A stretch of DNA of 64,000 nucleotides from an uncultured Gemmatimonadales bacterium (GTDB taxonomy: Bacteria; Gemmatimonadota; Gemmatimonadetes; Gemmatimonadales; GWC2-71-9), in the NCBI GenBank assembly GCA_963828735.1, contig CAWHFW010000005.1, positions 448,001 through 512,000 on the forward strand. Direction: 5' to 3'. Below the pieces are notes generated by a model. It was not told the origin of the DNA. It made no database searches and saw nothing but the letters and a program-made list of their open reading frames with translations. How positions within the stretch are numbered: the stretch's first letter is position 1; each line of letters opens with the position of its first letter. Below are positions 10,158 through 18,249 of this stretch, in pieces. Position numbers and translations under genes: made by a program.

Positions 10158-10745
10158 CTATGACGCGCGCGCCAGTCCCCGGCCAACCCGCGCCGCCCGC
10201 ACGTGCGCGAGCAGGTGAGTTCCATCGGATCGAAAGCACGGAAACAGATTGAGGTAGCCCGTGAGGTTGCAGGCGATGGCGATCAGCAGCAGATCGCCCA
10301 GCGTGGTGCCGAGGGCGGGTTGGCCCATCCAATCCCACCATCCGGACAGCAGCAGCGCGCCGGCGAGGTTGCTCAGGCCCCCGGCCGCGGAGATGATGGG
10401 TGCCCGCCAGGCCTCCGGCCCCCACTCGAACCGCCAGCGGCCTCCCACGATGTCTCGATATCCGATGGCAGATGCGTCCTCATCGAGTAGCTGGACGGCG
10501 CCGACAAACGGCAGCAATGCCAGATGCACCCGGCAATCCGCGATCGTGCCGCGCCAGAGGATAGGACCGACGCCCAGGCGGACGCCCCAGATACGGACGC
10601 CAACCAGCAGCGCGGCGCAGGCGTGGCCCAGCTCGTGGAACAACAACGCGATCCAGGAGGCCGCGACGGCGGCCAGAACGGTGTTCGCCACCTGCCCCAG
10701 GATGGCGCCGAACAACGGGTCGATCTCCATCACGTGCGCGTGCAT
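10158..10745 (-). CDS. Site-2 protease (M50) family membrane protein, no PDZ domain
   Basis: HELGH in a hydrophobic helix; NLFPCFRSDG matches NxxPxxxxDG. Confidence 0.8.
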   Translation of the reverse strand: MHAHVMEIDPLFGAILGQVANTVLAAVAASWIALLFHELGHACAALLVGVRIWGVRLGVGPILWRGTIADCRVHLALLPFVGAVQLLDEDASAIGYRDIVGGRWRFEWGPEAWRAPIISAAGGLSNLAGALLLSGWWDWMGQPALGTTLGDLLLIAIACNLTGYLNLFPCFRSDGTHLLAHVRAARVGRGLARAS

Positions 10746-11004
10746 TCGTTCGAACCTCCACGTCCTTTCGGCGCATCACGTTCAACGCTGAACCTGGGAG
10801 CTCCGACTCTCTTCAGCGTAATCCAATTCGCGCGGGCCTCGCCGGGTTCCAACTCACACCGCGTGGCGTCCACGAGGGGTCACGTCGTCTCGGACGATCG
10901 ACCCTCCGGGCTGGAACTCGTCGCTCGGCAGTCCGCGGGGTGAGCCTGATCACACTGGTTTGACGCGCGGCTCGTTATCTAGTACCGTCCCATTGGAGAC
11001 AATC

Positions 11005-11349
11005 ATGGACGACTTTGAAGCGCAGACGTACTGCCAGCGTGCGCAACTCGAGCTGGTGGCCCTGATCATGCATCAGCGCAGGCCGCGCGGCCGGTTGCGC
11101 CGGGATCCTGTGTTGCTGCGGCGCTTCATCTCGGTCGTGCTCGGCGGGGGACCGCCCGCGCACCTGCTGCAGGGTGGCCCATGGAAGATCGGAACCAAGC
11201 CGCTCAAGAAGCCCGGACGCGGCGGACTGGACTTCATCCCGCTCGTCCAGCGCGGCGACACCACGATCATGGTCTCGACGCCGCAGGAGGCCGAGGACAT
11301 GGTCGCATTCCTCAACTATTGCGGGATGGACGAGTTCTCCGGCCGCTGA
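11005..11349 (+). CDS. Hypothetical protein (114 aa)
   Basis: GGAG RBS; upstream TTGACG-N17-TACCGT; host-like codon usage. Confidence 0.65.
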   Translation: MDDFEAQTYCQRAQLELVALIMHQRRPRGRLRRDPVLLRRFISVVLGGGPPAHLLQGGPWKIGTKPLKKPGRGGLDFIPLVQRGDTTIMVSTPQEAEDMVAFLNYCGMDEFSGR

Positions 11350-11354
11350 TCTGC

Positions 11355-11383
11355 TTGACCGCATCGCCCCAGCTTCCTACGTT
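11355..11383 (+). promoter_or_regulatory. Sigma70-type promoter for the riboswitch leader
   Basis: TTGACC-N17-TACGTT immediately upstream of the aptamer. Confidence 0.6.
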
Positions 11384-11394
11384 GGAACCACTAC

Positions 11395-11500
11395 CTCAAA
11401 GTGAAACGCATACCCGGCGAAAGCCGGTGACGCAAAGCCACGGGTCCTCGACGCCCGCAGGGATCTCCCTGCGAGCACCACGACCGCCGAGCTACCGCAG
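11395..11500 (+). ncRNA. c-di-GMP-I (GEMM) class riboswitch, C20 variant
   Basis: GC-AUA-CCC-GGC-GAAA-GCC-GGU-GAC-GC-AAA-GCCACGGGUC...GACCGCCGAGCU-ACCG: GNRA hairpin, GACGCAAAGC core and 3' ACCG. Confidence 0.88.
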
Positions 11501-11582
11501 ACTCGCTCGCCGAACGTGCGCCCGAGCGAGCCGAGGCGTTTGGTCCCTGCACGCAATTCTCCCCAGCGGAAAGGATGCGGAC

Positions 11583-12404
11583 ATGTGGTGTCTCGCACGC
11601 GGGCGTGCCGCGGCGTGGGCCGCGGCCTTCGCGATGGTGCTGGCGATCGGCGGTTGCAGCGACGACAGTGAGGACAATGGCTCGGTGGGACCGGACGCGA
11701 GTCCGAACCTCCCGACGCTGGATCAGGTCAAGGCGCTCCTCGATCCGATCGTGGACTCGGCCAACAACGGAGGGTTCAACCTCCAGATGTGGGCCACGAT
11801 CGTGGATCGAAGCGGCATCGTTCGCGTCGTCACCTTCTCGGGCACCGCCGAGGACGATCAGTGGCCCGCCTCCCGGGTCATCTCCGCCCAGAAGGCGAAC
11901 ACGGCGAACAGTCTCAGCCTGGACGGGCTGGCGCTTTCCACCGCGAATCTCTACAGCGCCGTTCAGCCGGGCGGGAGCCTTTTCGGCCTGCAGGAGAGCA
12001 ACCCCGTAAATCCGGACGTCGCGTACGGCGGAAACGCCGACGACTACGGGACGGCCAACGACTTCATGCTGGGGAAGCGAATCGGCGGAGTGAACGTGTT
12101 CGGCGGAGGACTGGCGCTCTACGACGTCAGCGGGCAGGTCATCGGCGCCCTCGGCTTGAGCGGGGACACCTCGTGCGCCGACCATACCATCGCGTGGAAG
12201 CTGCGGCACGCGCTGCTGCTCGACTACGTCCCGGGAGGCGTCGACCCCGCCAGCGGCACCGACAACATCGTGTTCGACATCGACGGCAGCGGCCAGAGCG
12301 CCAGCGGATGGGGACATCCCACCTGCCCGCCGGATCCGGCGGCGGTCGTCGCGATCGGGGAAGCCCTCCCGGTCACCCACCCGGTCAGAACCTCGACACC
12401 CTAG
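11583..12404 (+). CDS. GlcG/HbpS heme-binding family lipoprotein
   Basis: Lipobox IGGC; WATIVDRSG, SAQKANTA, FGGGLAL, IGALGLSGDTSCADH motifs. Confidence 0.85.
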   Translation: MWCLARGRAAAWAAAFAMVLAIGGCSDDSEDNGSVGPDASPNLPTLDQVKALLDPIVDSANNGGFNLQMWATIVDRSGIVRVVTFSGTAEDDQWPASRVISAQKANTANSLSLDGLALSTANLYSAVQPGGSLFGLQESNPVNPDVAYGGNADDYGTANDFMLGKRIGGVNVFGGGLALYDVSGQVIGALGLSGDTSCADHTIAWKLRHALLLDYVPGGVDPASGTDNIVFDIDGSGQSASGWGHPTCPPDPAAVVAIGEALPVTHPVRTSTP

Positions 12405-12410
12405 CCGCGA

Positions 12411-12441
12411 TCGCGGGGCCTCGCCTCAGGAGGCCCCGCGA
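12411..12441. terminator. Hairpin between convergent genes
   Basis: 12-bp stem TCGCGGGGCCTC / GAGGCCCCGCGA; no U tract. Confidence 0.5.
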
Positions 12442-12457
12442 CGCCCCGGAGAGCGGC

Positions 12458-12982
12458 TCAGCCGCCTCCGGCGGACTCCGACCGCCCGCCGCCCTGCTCC
12501 GCCAGCGCGGATTCGAGCCGACCGATCAGCTCCGCCTGGGCCGGGTTCATGCGTCCTCGCGCCGTCTCCGGATCGAACCACGCGCACCGGTCCACCTCGG
12601 GGTACGTCACCCAGCGTCCCGAGCCCGGTGGCCACTCGACTCGCGCCATGTTGCTGACGATGGCGCTGGCGTCCGCATCGCCCTCCCACGCCCAGGCATG
12701 CACCACCTTTCCCGCCTTCTGTCGAACGCTGCCGAGGGCGAGGAATGGACCCACGGGACGGATGCCGGTCTCCTCCACGAACTCTCGGCGCGCGGCGTCG
12801 AGCAGCTCCTCGCCCTCGTCCACGATGCCCTTCGGAATCGTCCAGGCGCCGGCGTCCCGGTCGCGCCAGAACGGGCCGCCCGGATGGGCCAACAGCACCT
12901 CGAGCCCGTGCCCGCCTCTGCGGTAGAGCAGCAGGCCGGCGCTCACGTTGGGACGGCGGCGGCGCGGAGCGGACTCACTCAA
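12458..12982 (-). CDS. NUDIX hydrolase
   Basis: LAHPGGPFW and Nudix box PKG..GEELLDAARREFVEETG; start overlaps the MFS stop. Confidence 0.9.
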   Translation of the reverse strand: MSESAPRRRRPNVSAGLLLYRRGGHGLEVLLAHPGGPFWRDRDAGAWTIPKGIVDEGEELLDAARREFVEETGIRPVGPFLALGSVRQKAGKVVHAWAWEGDADASAIVSNMARVEWPPGSGRWVTYPEVDRCAWFDPETARGRMNPAQAELIGRLESALAEQGGGRSESAGGG

Positions 12983-14610
12983 TGCGCATCCCTCGGCGGC
13001 GCCGCGCCGCCCGTGTGACGTCGCAGCAGCAGAATCGCGGGCGAAACCACGAGGAAGCTGATCAGGAGCAGCATCCAGGCGTTGTTATAGCTCAGCATCG
13101 CCGCCTGACGCGAAACTTCCTGGTCGAGCAGCGCGAGAGCGGCCCGATGGGCCGCGTCGGGGCCATAGCCATGCGCCACCAGGGTGGCGGTGAGCGCCTG
13201 AATCCGCTCCTCCAGCAGCCGCTGTCCGGGATAGACGTTCGTCAGCAGGTCCACTCGGTGGTACTGGTTGTGGACGGTGAGATAGGTCGCGAGGATGGCG
13301 ATGCCGAACGAGCCGCCGAGCTGCCGCGCGAGGTTGATGAGTCCCGCCGCCTGCTGGGCCTCGCTCGGCTTGAGGCTGGCGTAGGCGACGTTGTTGATCG
13401 GCGTGAACAGGAAGCCGAGCCCGGCGCCGCGCACGATGAGCGCGAACCGCACGTCGGGCTCGCCCGCTGCCGTCGTGAGGTGGCCCAGGTCCCACATCGC
13501 GGACACGAAGATCGCGACGCCGATCGCGATGAGGATCCGCGGGTCGACCAACGGCCGCGGGCCGTTGAGCAGGCGCCCGCAGATGAGCGCGGTGGCCGCG
13601 GTCGCGAGACCGCCCGGTAGCAGGGCGAGCCCGGTCTCCGTGGGCGTGAAGTGGAGGATGGTCTGCGTGAACAGCGGAAAGATGAACACGCCGCCGTAGA
13701 GGCCGAACCCGAGCGCCACGAACAGGAAGATGGACGCGGCCAGCTCGCGGTTCTTGAGCACCCGGAAGTTCACCACGGGGTGCGTGTTGCGCGGCGTGAG
13801 CTCCCACCAGACCATGGTGATCAGGCACCCGGCCGCCACGATCGCCAGACGGAGGATCAGCGGGTCGGAGAACCAGTCGTCCTGATTGCCCTCCTCGAGC
13901 ACATACTGAAGCGCGCCGAGGCCCACCGTGAGCAGGCTTATGCCGAGCCAGTCGACCCGTCCCGCCCGGCGCGTCTGGCCCGGCGGATCCTTGAGAAACG
14001 TCGTCACCAGGAAGGTCGCCGCGATGGCGATCGGCACGTTGATGAAGAAGCACCAGTTCCAGGTGTAGTTGTCCGTGATCCAGCCACCGAGCGTGGGCCC
14101 CAGGGTCGGCGCGACGATGATACCCAGCAGGAAGATGGCCTGAACCAGGCCCTGCTGTTCTCGCGGGAAGATCTGCCGAATGGTGGCCTGGGCCGTGGAG
14201 AGCAACGCCGCGCCGCCCGCGCCCTGGACGATGCGCCAGATGACGAGCTCGACCAGCGAGTGGGAGGTGCCGCAGAGAAACGAGGCGACCGCGAACAGGA
14301 TGATCGAGGCGGTCAGGTAGCGCCGGCGGCCGAACCGCTCGGTGAAGAACGCGGTCATCGGGAGCACGACCACGTTGGACAGGATGTACCCGGTGCTCAC
14401 CCAGCTGATCTCCTGCTGGGTCGCTCCCAGATTGCCGGCCATCTGCGGCAACGCCACGTTCACGATCGTGGTGTCGAGCACCTCCATGATGGCGGCGGTG
14501 ATGAGACCGAGGAGGATGAGCCAGCGGGTGCTCCCGATGCGCTCGGCTTCGTCGTCGTGGGGGGCCGGCCTGGCCGTGGGCTGCGGTTTTTCGATGGCGT
14601 CCGTGGTCAC
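12979..14610 (-). CDS. DHA2 (EmrB/QacA) MFS efflux permease
   Basis: EVLDTTIVNVALP, ERFGRRR, GPTLGGWITDNY, RQLGGSFG motifs. Confidence 0.95.
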   Translation of the reverse strand: MTTDAIEKPQPTARPAPHDDEAERIGSTRWLILLGLITAAIMEVLDTTIVNVALPQMAGNLGATQQEISWVSTGYILSNVVVLPMTAFFTERFGRRRYLTASIILFAVASFLCGTSHSLVELVIWRIVQGAGGAALLSTAQATIRQIFPREQQGLVQAIFLLGIIVAPTLGPTLGGWITDNYTWNWCFFINVPIAIAATFLVTTFLKDPPGQTRRAGRVDWLGISLLTVGLGALQYVLEEGNQDDWFSDPLILRLAIVAAGCLITMVWWELTPRNTHPVVNFRVLKNRELAASIFLFVALGFGLYGGVFIFPLFTQTILHFTPTETGLALLPGGLATAATALICGRLLNGPRPLVDPRILIAIGVAIFVSAMWDLGHLTTAAGEPDVRFALIVRGAGLGFLFTPINNVAYASLKPSEAQQAAGLINLARQLGGSFGIAILATYLTVHNQYHRVDLLTNVYPGQRLLEERIQALTATLVAHGYGPDAAHRAALALLDQEVSRQAAMLSYNNAWMLLLISFLVVSPAILLLRRHTGGAAPPRDAH

Positions 14611-14682
14611 GTACCATCCGGTCGTTGGGCGTCTTGGACCGGAAAACTAGTCGGGGTCTGCAGCGACGGTGGCCCGGCGAGG

Positions 14683-15156
14683 TCAGCGTGGCCAGGCCCC
14701 CAGCAGCCGGCGCGCCACGATCAGCTCACCGAGATGGAAGGCCGTGTGGTCGAGGACCAGCAGGATCTCGCGCAGATATGTCTGCCCGCTCCCGTGCGGG
14801 ATGGTGGCCGCGAGGTCGATGGAGGTGTCGCGCGCCAGCGCCTGAAGCGCGGCGCGATCCTCCCCGACCTTCCGCACACTCGTGTCCCAGGCGGCCTCCG
14901 ACGGTGGGGCCGGCGACTTCGGCCAGTAGTCGTCCGGCCAGGTGATCTCCTCATAGTCCGGGTTGCGGCAGAAATCCAGGATGTCGTGCTGAGTAATCCG
15001 AATGTGCTCGAGGAGCTGCCAGGGCGAATAGGGCAGTCCGGCCGGCGTGCGGCTGCGGAGCGGCGGCGCGAGGTCGGCGACCGCGTCATCGAACGTCATA
15101 TGGGCCTCGCCCCATGCGAGGCTTCGGGCGAGATGGTCTCGAAAGTCCTGGTCCAC
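14683..15156 (-). CDS. DinB/YfiT family protein
   Basis: SPWQLLEHIRI and DHTAFHLGE His ligands; start GTG 15156. Confidence 0.88.
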   Translation of the reverse strand: MDQDFRDHLARSLAWGEAHMTFDDAVADLAPPLRSRTPAGLPYSPWQLLEHIRITQHDILDFCRNPDYEEITWPDDYWPKSPAPPSEAAWDTSVRKVGEDRAALQALARDTSIDLAATIPHGSGQTYLREILLVLDHTAFHLGELIVARRLLGAWPR

Positions 15157-15234
15157 GGTGGGGGGTTCCGCCTCTCTTGTGCTTCGGGTTTTGTTCGGGT
15201 ACTCTAGTGCAGGTCCCAGACCGGAGGAAGCCCG

Positions 15235-16497
15235 ATGCTGCACGTGCCCGACTTGGAGCGAAAGCTCGACACCCTGATCACCTTGGCCCAGGACGACCGG
15301 GAGGGGCCGCCAACCCCGCCCCGCCTCCGCCACGCGCGGCAGTCCGGCGCGCTCGGGCCGCTCAACATTCGTCGCCTCCGGTCCGGCGGACGGGAAACGC
15401 GTCTGCTGCGAATCTTGATGACGAACGCGTGCAGCTACAACTGCCACTACTGCCCCATGCGCCGGGACCGCAACATGCCGCGCACGCTGCTCAAGCCCGA
15501 GGAGCTGGTGCGCATCTTTCTTGGCGCCCTGCGGCGCGGCTGGGTGGACGGACTCTTCGTCACCACGGGCATTCCGAGCAACCCCGTGAAGGTGATGGAC
15601 AACCTCATCGCGGCCCTCGAGCTCCTCCGCGAGCGCCACGGGTTCACGGGGTATATCCACGTCAAGCTGGTCGCCGGCGCGGAGCCGGCGCAGATCGAGC
15701 GCCTTACCGCGCTCGCGAGCCGGGTGTCACTCAACCTCGAGGCCCCGTGCGGACAGAGCCTGTCGCGCATCGCGCCGGAGAAGAGCCTGCCCGTCGCCAT
15801 CGAAAATCTCGAGCGTGTGCGCGCTCTGGTGCTCGAGGAGCGCACGGCCCGGGCCCATGGCCGGCCGGGGGATCCGCTGCACCCCGGTGGGGTCGCGGGC
15901 ATCACGATGCAGTTCGTCGTGGGCGCCACGCCGGACACCGATCGCACGCTCATCGAGACGGTAGGCCGGCTGCAGGCCCGCGGTGGCATCCACCACGCGC
16001 ACTTCGCGGCGTTTCGCCCGATCAAGGACACGCCGATGGAGGGGGTGCCGGCGGCGCCGGCGCTCCGCGAGCACCGGCTGTATCAGGCAGACTATCTGCT
16101 CCACGACTACGGCTTCGGCGCGGAGGAGGTCGTGTTCGAGCCCACCGGCAATCTGCCGCTCGGCGTGGATCCGAAGACCGCGTGGGCCCTGGCGCATCCC
16201 GAGCGATTTCCGGTCGAGGTCACACGCGCGGACCGGGAGACGCTGCTCCGGGTGCCCGGCATCGGCCCGGTGGCCGCGCGCCGGCTCGTCACCGAGCGCA
16301 GCGGCGTCACGCTTCGCGGGCTCGCGGACCTGCGGGGACTCGGCGTGGTCACGACGCGCGCCGCGGGATTCCTGACGCTGCGCGGACGGAAACTGCAGAC
16401 CACTCGGTGGACCGAGCAGCTCGGCTTCTGGGCGCCGGAGGAGGAGGCGGGGCGCTATCACCTGACCTATGAGGTGAGCCCCGGGACGTTCCGGTAA
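15235..16497 (+). CDS. Putative DNA modification/repair radical SAM protein with HhH domain (TIGR03916-like)
   Basis: CSYNCHYC; GYIHVK; REHRLYQADYL; DPKTAWAL; HhH motif LLRVPGIGP. Confidence 0.88.
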   Translation: MLHVPDLERKLDTLITLAQDDREGPPTPPRLRHARQSGALGPLNIRRLRSGGRETRLLRILMTNACSYNCHYCPMRRDRNMPRTLLKPEELVRIFLGALRRGWVDGLFVTTGIPSNPVKVMDNLIAALELLRERHGFTGYIHVKLVAGAEPAQIERLTALASRVSLNLEAPCGQSLSRIAPEKSLPVAIENLERVRALVLEERTARAHGRPGDPLHPGGVAGITMQFVVGATPDTDRTLIETVGRLQARGGIHHAHFAAFRPIKDTPMEGVPAAPALREHRLYQADYLLHDYGFGAEEVVFEPTGNLPLGVDPKTAWALAHPERFPVEVTRADRETLLRVPGIGPVAARRLVTERSGVTLRGLADLRGLGVVTTRAAGFLTLRGRKLQTTRWTEQLGFWAPEEEAGRYHLTYEVSPGTFR

Positions 16498-16600
16498 CCG
16501 GGGATGATGCCTCCCGCACGCGGTCATTCCTGGCGGAGCATCGCTCCCGGGGCAGGCCGTCCGGTTCGATGAACCGGGAACTTCGCGGCGAGACCCGGGG

Positions 16601-16635
16601 TTGACACGGTGGAAGGAGTTCGATAACCATTGAAC
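16601..16635 (+). promoter_or_regulatory. arsR promoter with overlapping palindromic operator
   Basis: TTGACA at 16601; imperfect palindrome GTTCGAT-AACC-ATTGAAC at 16618-16635. Confidence 0.6.
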
Positions 16636-16636
16636 T

Positions 16637-16948
16637 GTGACTACACGTGATGGTGCCGAGCACCGCCTGACCAGCCGCCAGTTCGAGCTCATCGCCAAGG
16701 CGCTGGCGGACCCGAGGCGCATGGCGCTGCTGGAAACGATCGCAGGGGAGCGTCCGTGTCCCTGCAGCCGTCTCCGGGACCAGTTCCCGGTCTCCAAGGC
16801 GACGATCTCGCACCACATCAAGGAGCTGGTCCGTGCCGGGCTGGTGGACGCACGCAAGGCGGGTCAATACCTGCACTGCGAGGTACGGCGGGACGTCCTG
16901 CGAGCCTACACGGCCGAGCTGATGCGTAGGATCGGCAAGACGGCATAG
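16637..16948 (+). CDS. ArsR/SmtB family regulator
   Basis: AKALADPRR and SKATISHHIKELVRAGLV motifs. Confidence 0.92.
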   Translation: MTTRDGAEHRLTSRQFELIAKALADPRRMALLETIAGERPCPCSRLRDQFPVSKATISHHIKELVRAGLVDARKAGQYLHCEVRRDVLRAYTAELMRRIGKTA

Positions 16949-17003
16949 GAGAAGGTGTAGAAGAGGGCCAACGCGAAGCGTGGCGCCGCGTTCCCACGAA
17001 GGT

Positions 17004-17030
17004 GTTAGATGGTTGTAAAACTATCGTAAC
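17004..17030 (+). promoter_or_regulatory. Second ArsR-type operator upstream of the RND operon
   Basis: GTTAGAT-GGTT-GTAAAAC resembles the arsR operator and sits in an AT-rich inverted repeat. Confidence 0.5.
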
Positions 17031-17076
17031 GGTTGACCGGCCCCCTCGTGGGGCCGCGGCGCTCATGGAGGATGGC

Positions 17077-18246
17077 ATGCCGTCCCGATCGCTTCCGCTG
17101 GTCGTTCTGGTCGCCTCGTTCCTCGGTGTCCTCGCGGGCTGCTCGGCCAAGCCGCCGGCCCAACCCCCGCCACCGGCCGTCAGCGTGGCGCCGGCCCTCC
17201 AGCGCGACATCGCCGAGTGGGACGAGTTCAGCGGCCGACTCGAGGCGGTCGACCACGTGGACATCCGACCCCGCGTGTCGGGCTACATCAAGCGGGTCAC
17301 GTTCACCGAAGGGCGCGAAGTCCGGAAGGGCGAGGTGCTCTTCGAGATCGACCCGCGGGAATACCAGGCCGACCTGGCGCAAGCGCAGGCCCAGCTCGAG
17401 CAGGCGCGCACCGCGTCCGATCTGGCCGCGCGTGAAGTCGCCCGCGCCGAGAAGCTGGTGAACGTCCAGGCCATCTCGCGCGAGGAGTTCGACAGCCGGG
17501 TCAGTGCCCAGGCCAACGGCGTCGCATCGGTCCAGGCCGCCGAAGCCGCGGTCGCGAACGCCCGGCTCAACCTCGGCTGGACCGTGGTGCGCTCGCCGAT
17601 CACCGGCCGCGTGAGCCGCGCGGAAGTGACCGAGGGAAACCTCGTGCAGTCGGGGCCGCCCGACGCCACCTTGCTCACGACCGTCGTGTCGCTCGACTCC
17701 ATGTACCTCTACTTCGACAGCGACGAGCAGACCTACCTGCGCTACTCCGGGCGCGCCGCCGCCGCGGGCCACCGGGGCTGGAGCGACGCACGCTTCCCCG
17801 TGTACCTCGGGCTGGCCAACGAGACCGGCTTCCCCCACGAGGGGCGGCTCGACTTCGTGGACAACCGGATCGACCCGGCCAGCGGGACCATCCGGACCCG
17901 CGCGATTTTCTCCAACCGTGACCGCCGGTTCACCCCGGGCCTCTTCGCCCGGGTCAAGCTCGTGGGCAGCCAGAGCGCACCGGCTCTCCTCGTGCGCGAC
18001 GCGGCCGTCGGCACCGACCAGGACCGCAAGTTCGTCCTGGTGCTCGGCAAGGGCGACAGCCTCATGTATCGGCCGGTCCAGCTCGGCCGCCTCTCGGACG
18101 ACGGCTTGCGCATCGTGCGCTCGGGCATCGAGCCCAGTGACAAGGTGGTGGTCAACGGGCTCATGCGGGTGCGGCCGGGGATGAAGGTCACCGCGAAGGT
18201 CGTCGCCATGACCGACTCGTCCGATTCGACCGTCGCGGAGCGCTAG
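17077..18246 (+). CDS. RND periplasmic adaptor (MexE-like)
   Basis: Lipobox LAGC; EWDEFSGRLEA, IRPRVSGYI, SPITGRVSR motifs. Confidence 0.95.
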   Translation: MPSRSLPLVVLVASFLGVLAGCSAKPPAQPPPPAVSVAPALQRDIAEWDEFSGRLEAVDHVDIRPRVSGYIKRVTFTEGREVRKGEVLFEIDPREYQADLAQAQAQLEQARTASDLAAREVARAEKLVNVQAISREEFDSRVSAQANGVASVQAAEAAVANARLNLGWTVVRSPITGRVSRAEVTEGNLVQSGPPDATLLTTVVSLDSMYLYFDSDEQTYLRYSGRAAAAGHRGWSDARFPVYLGLANETGFPHEGRLDFVDNRIDPASGTIRTRAIFSNRDRRFTPGLFARVKLVGSQSAPALLVRDAAVGTDQDRKFVLVLGKGDSLMYRPVQLGRLSDDGLRIVRSGIEPSDKVVVNGLMRVRPGMKVTAKVVAMTDSSDSTVAER

Positions 18247-18249
18247 ACC

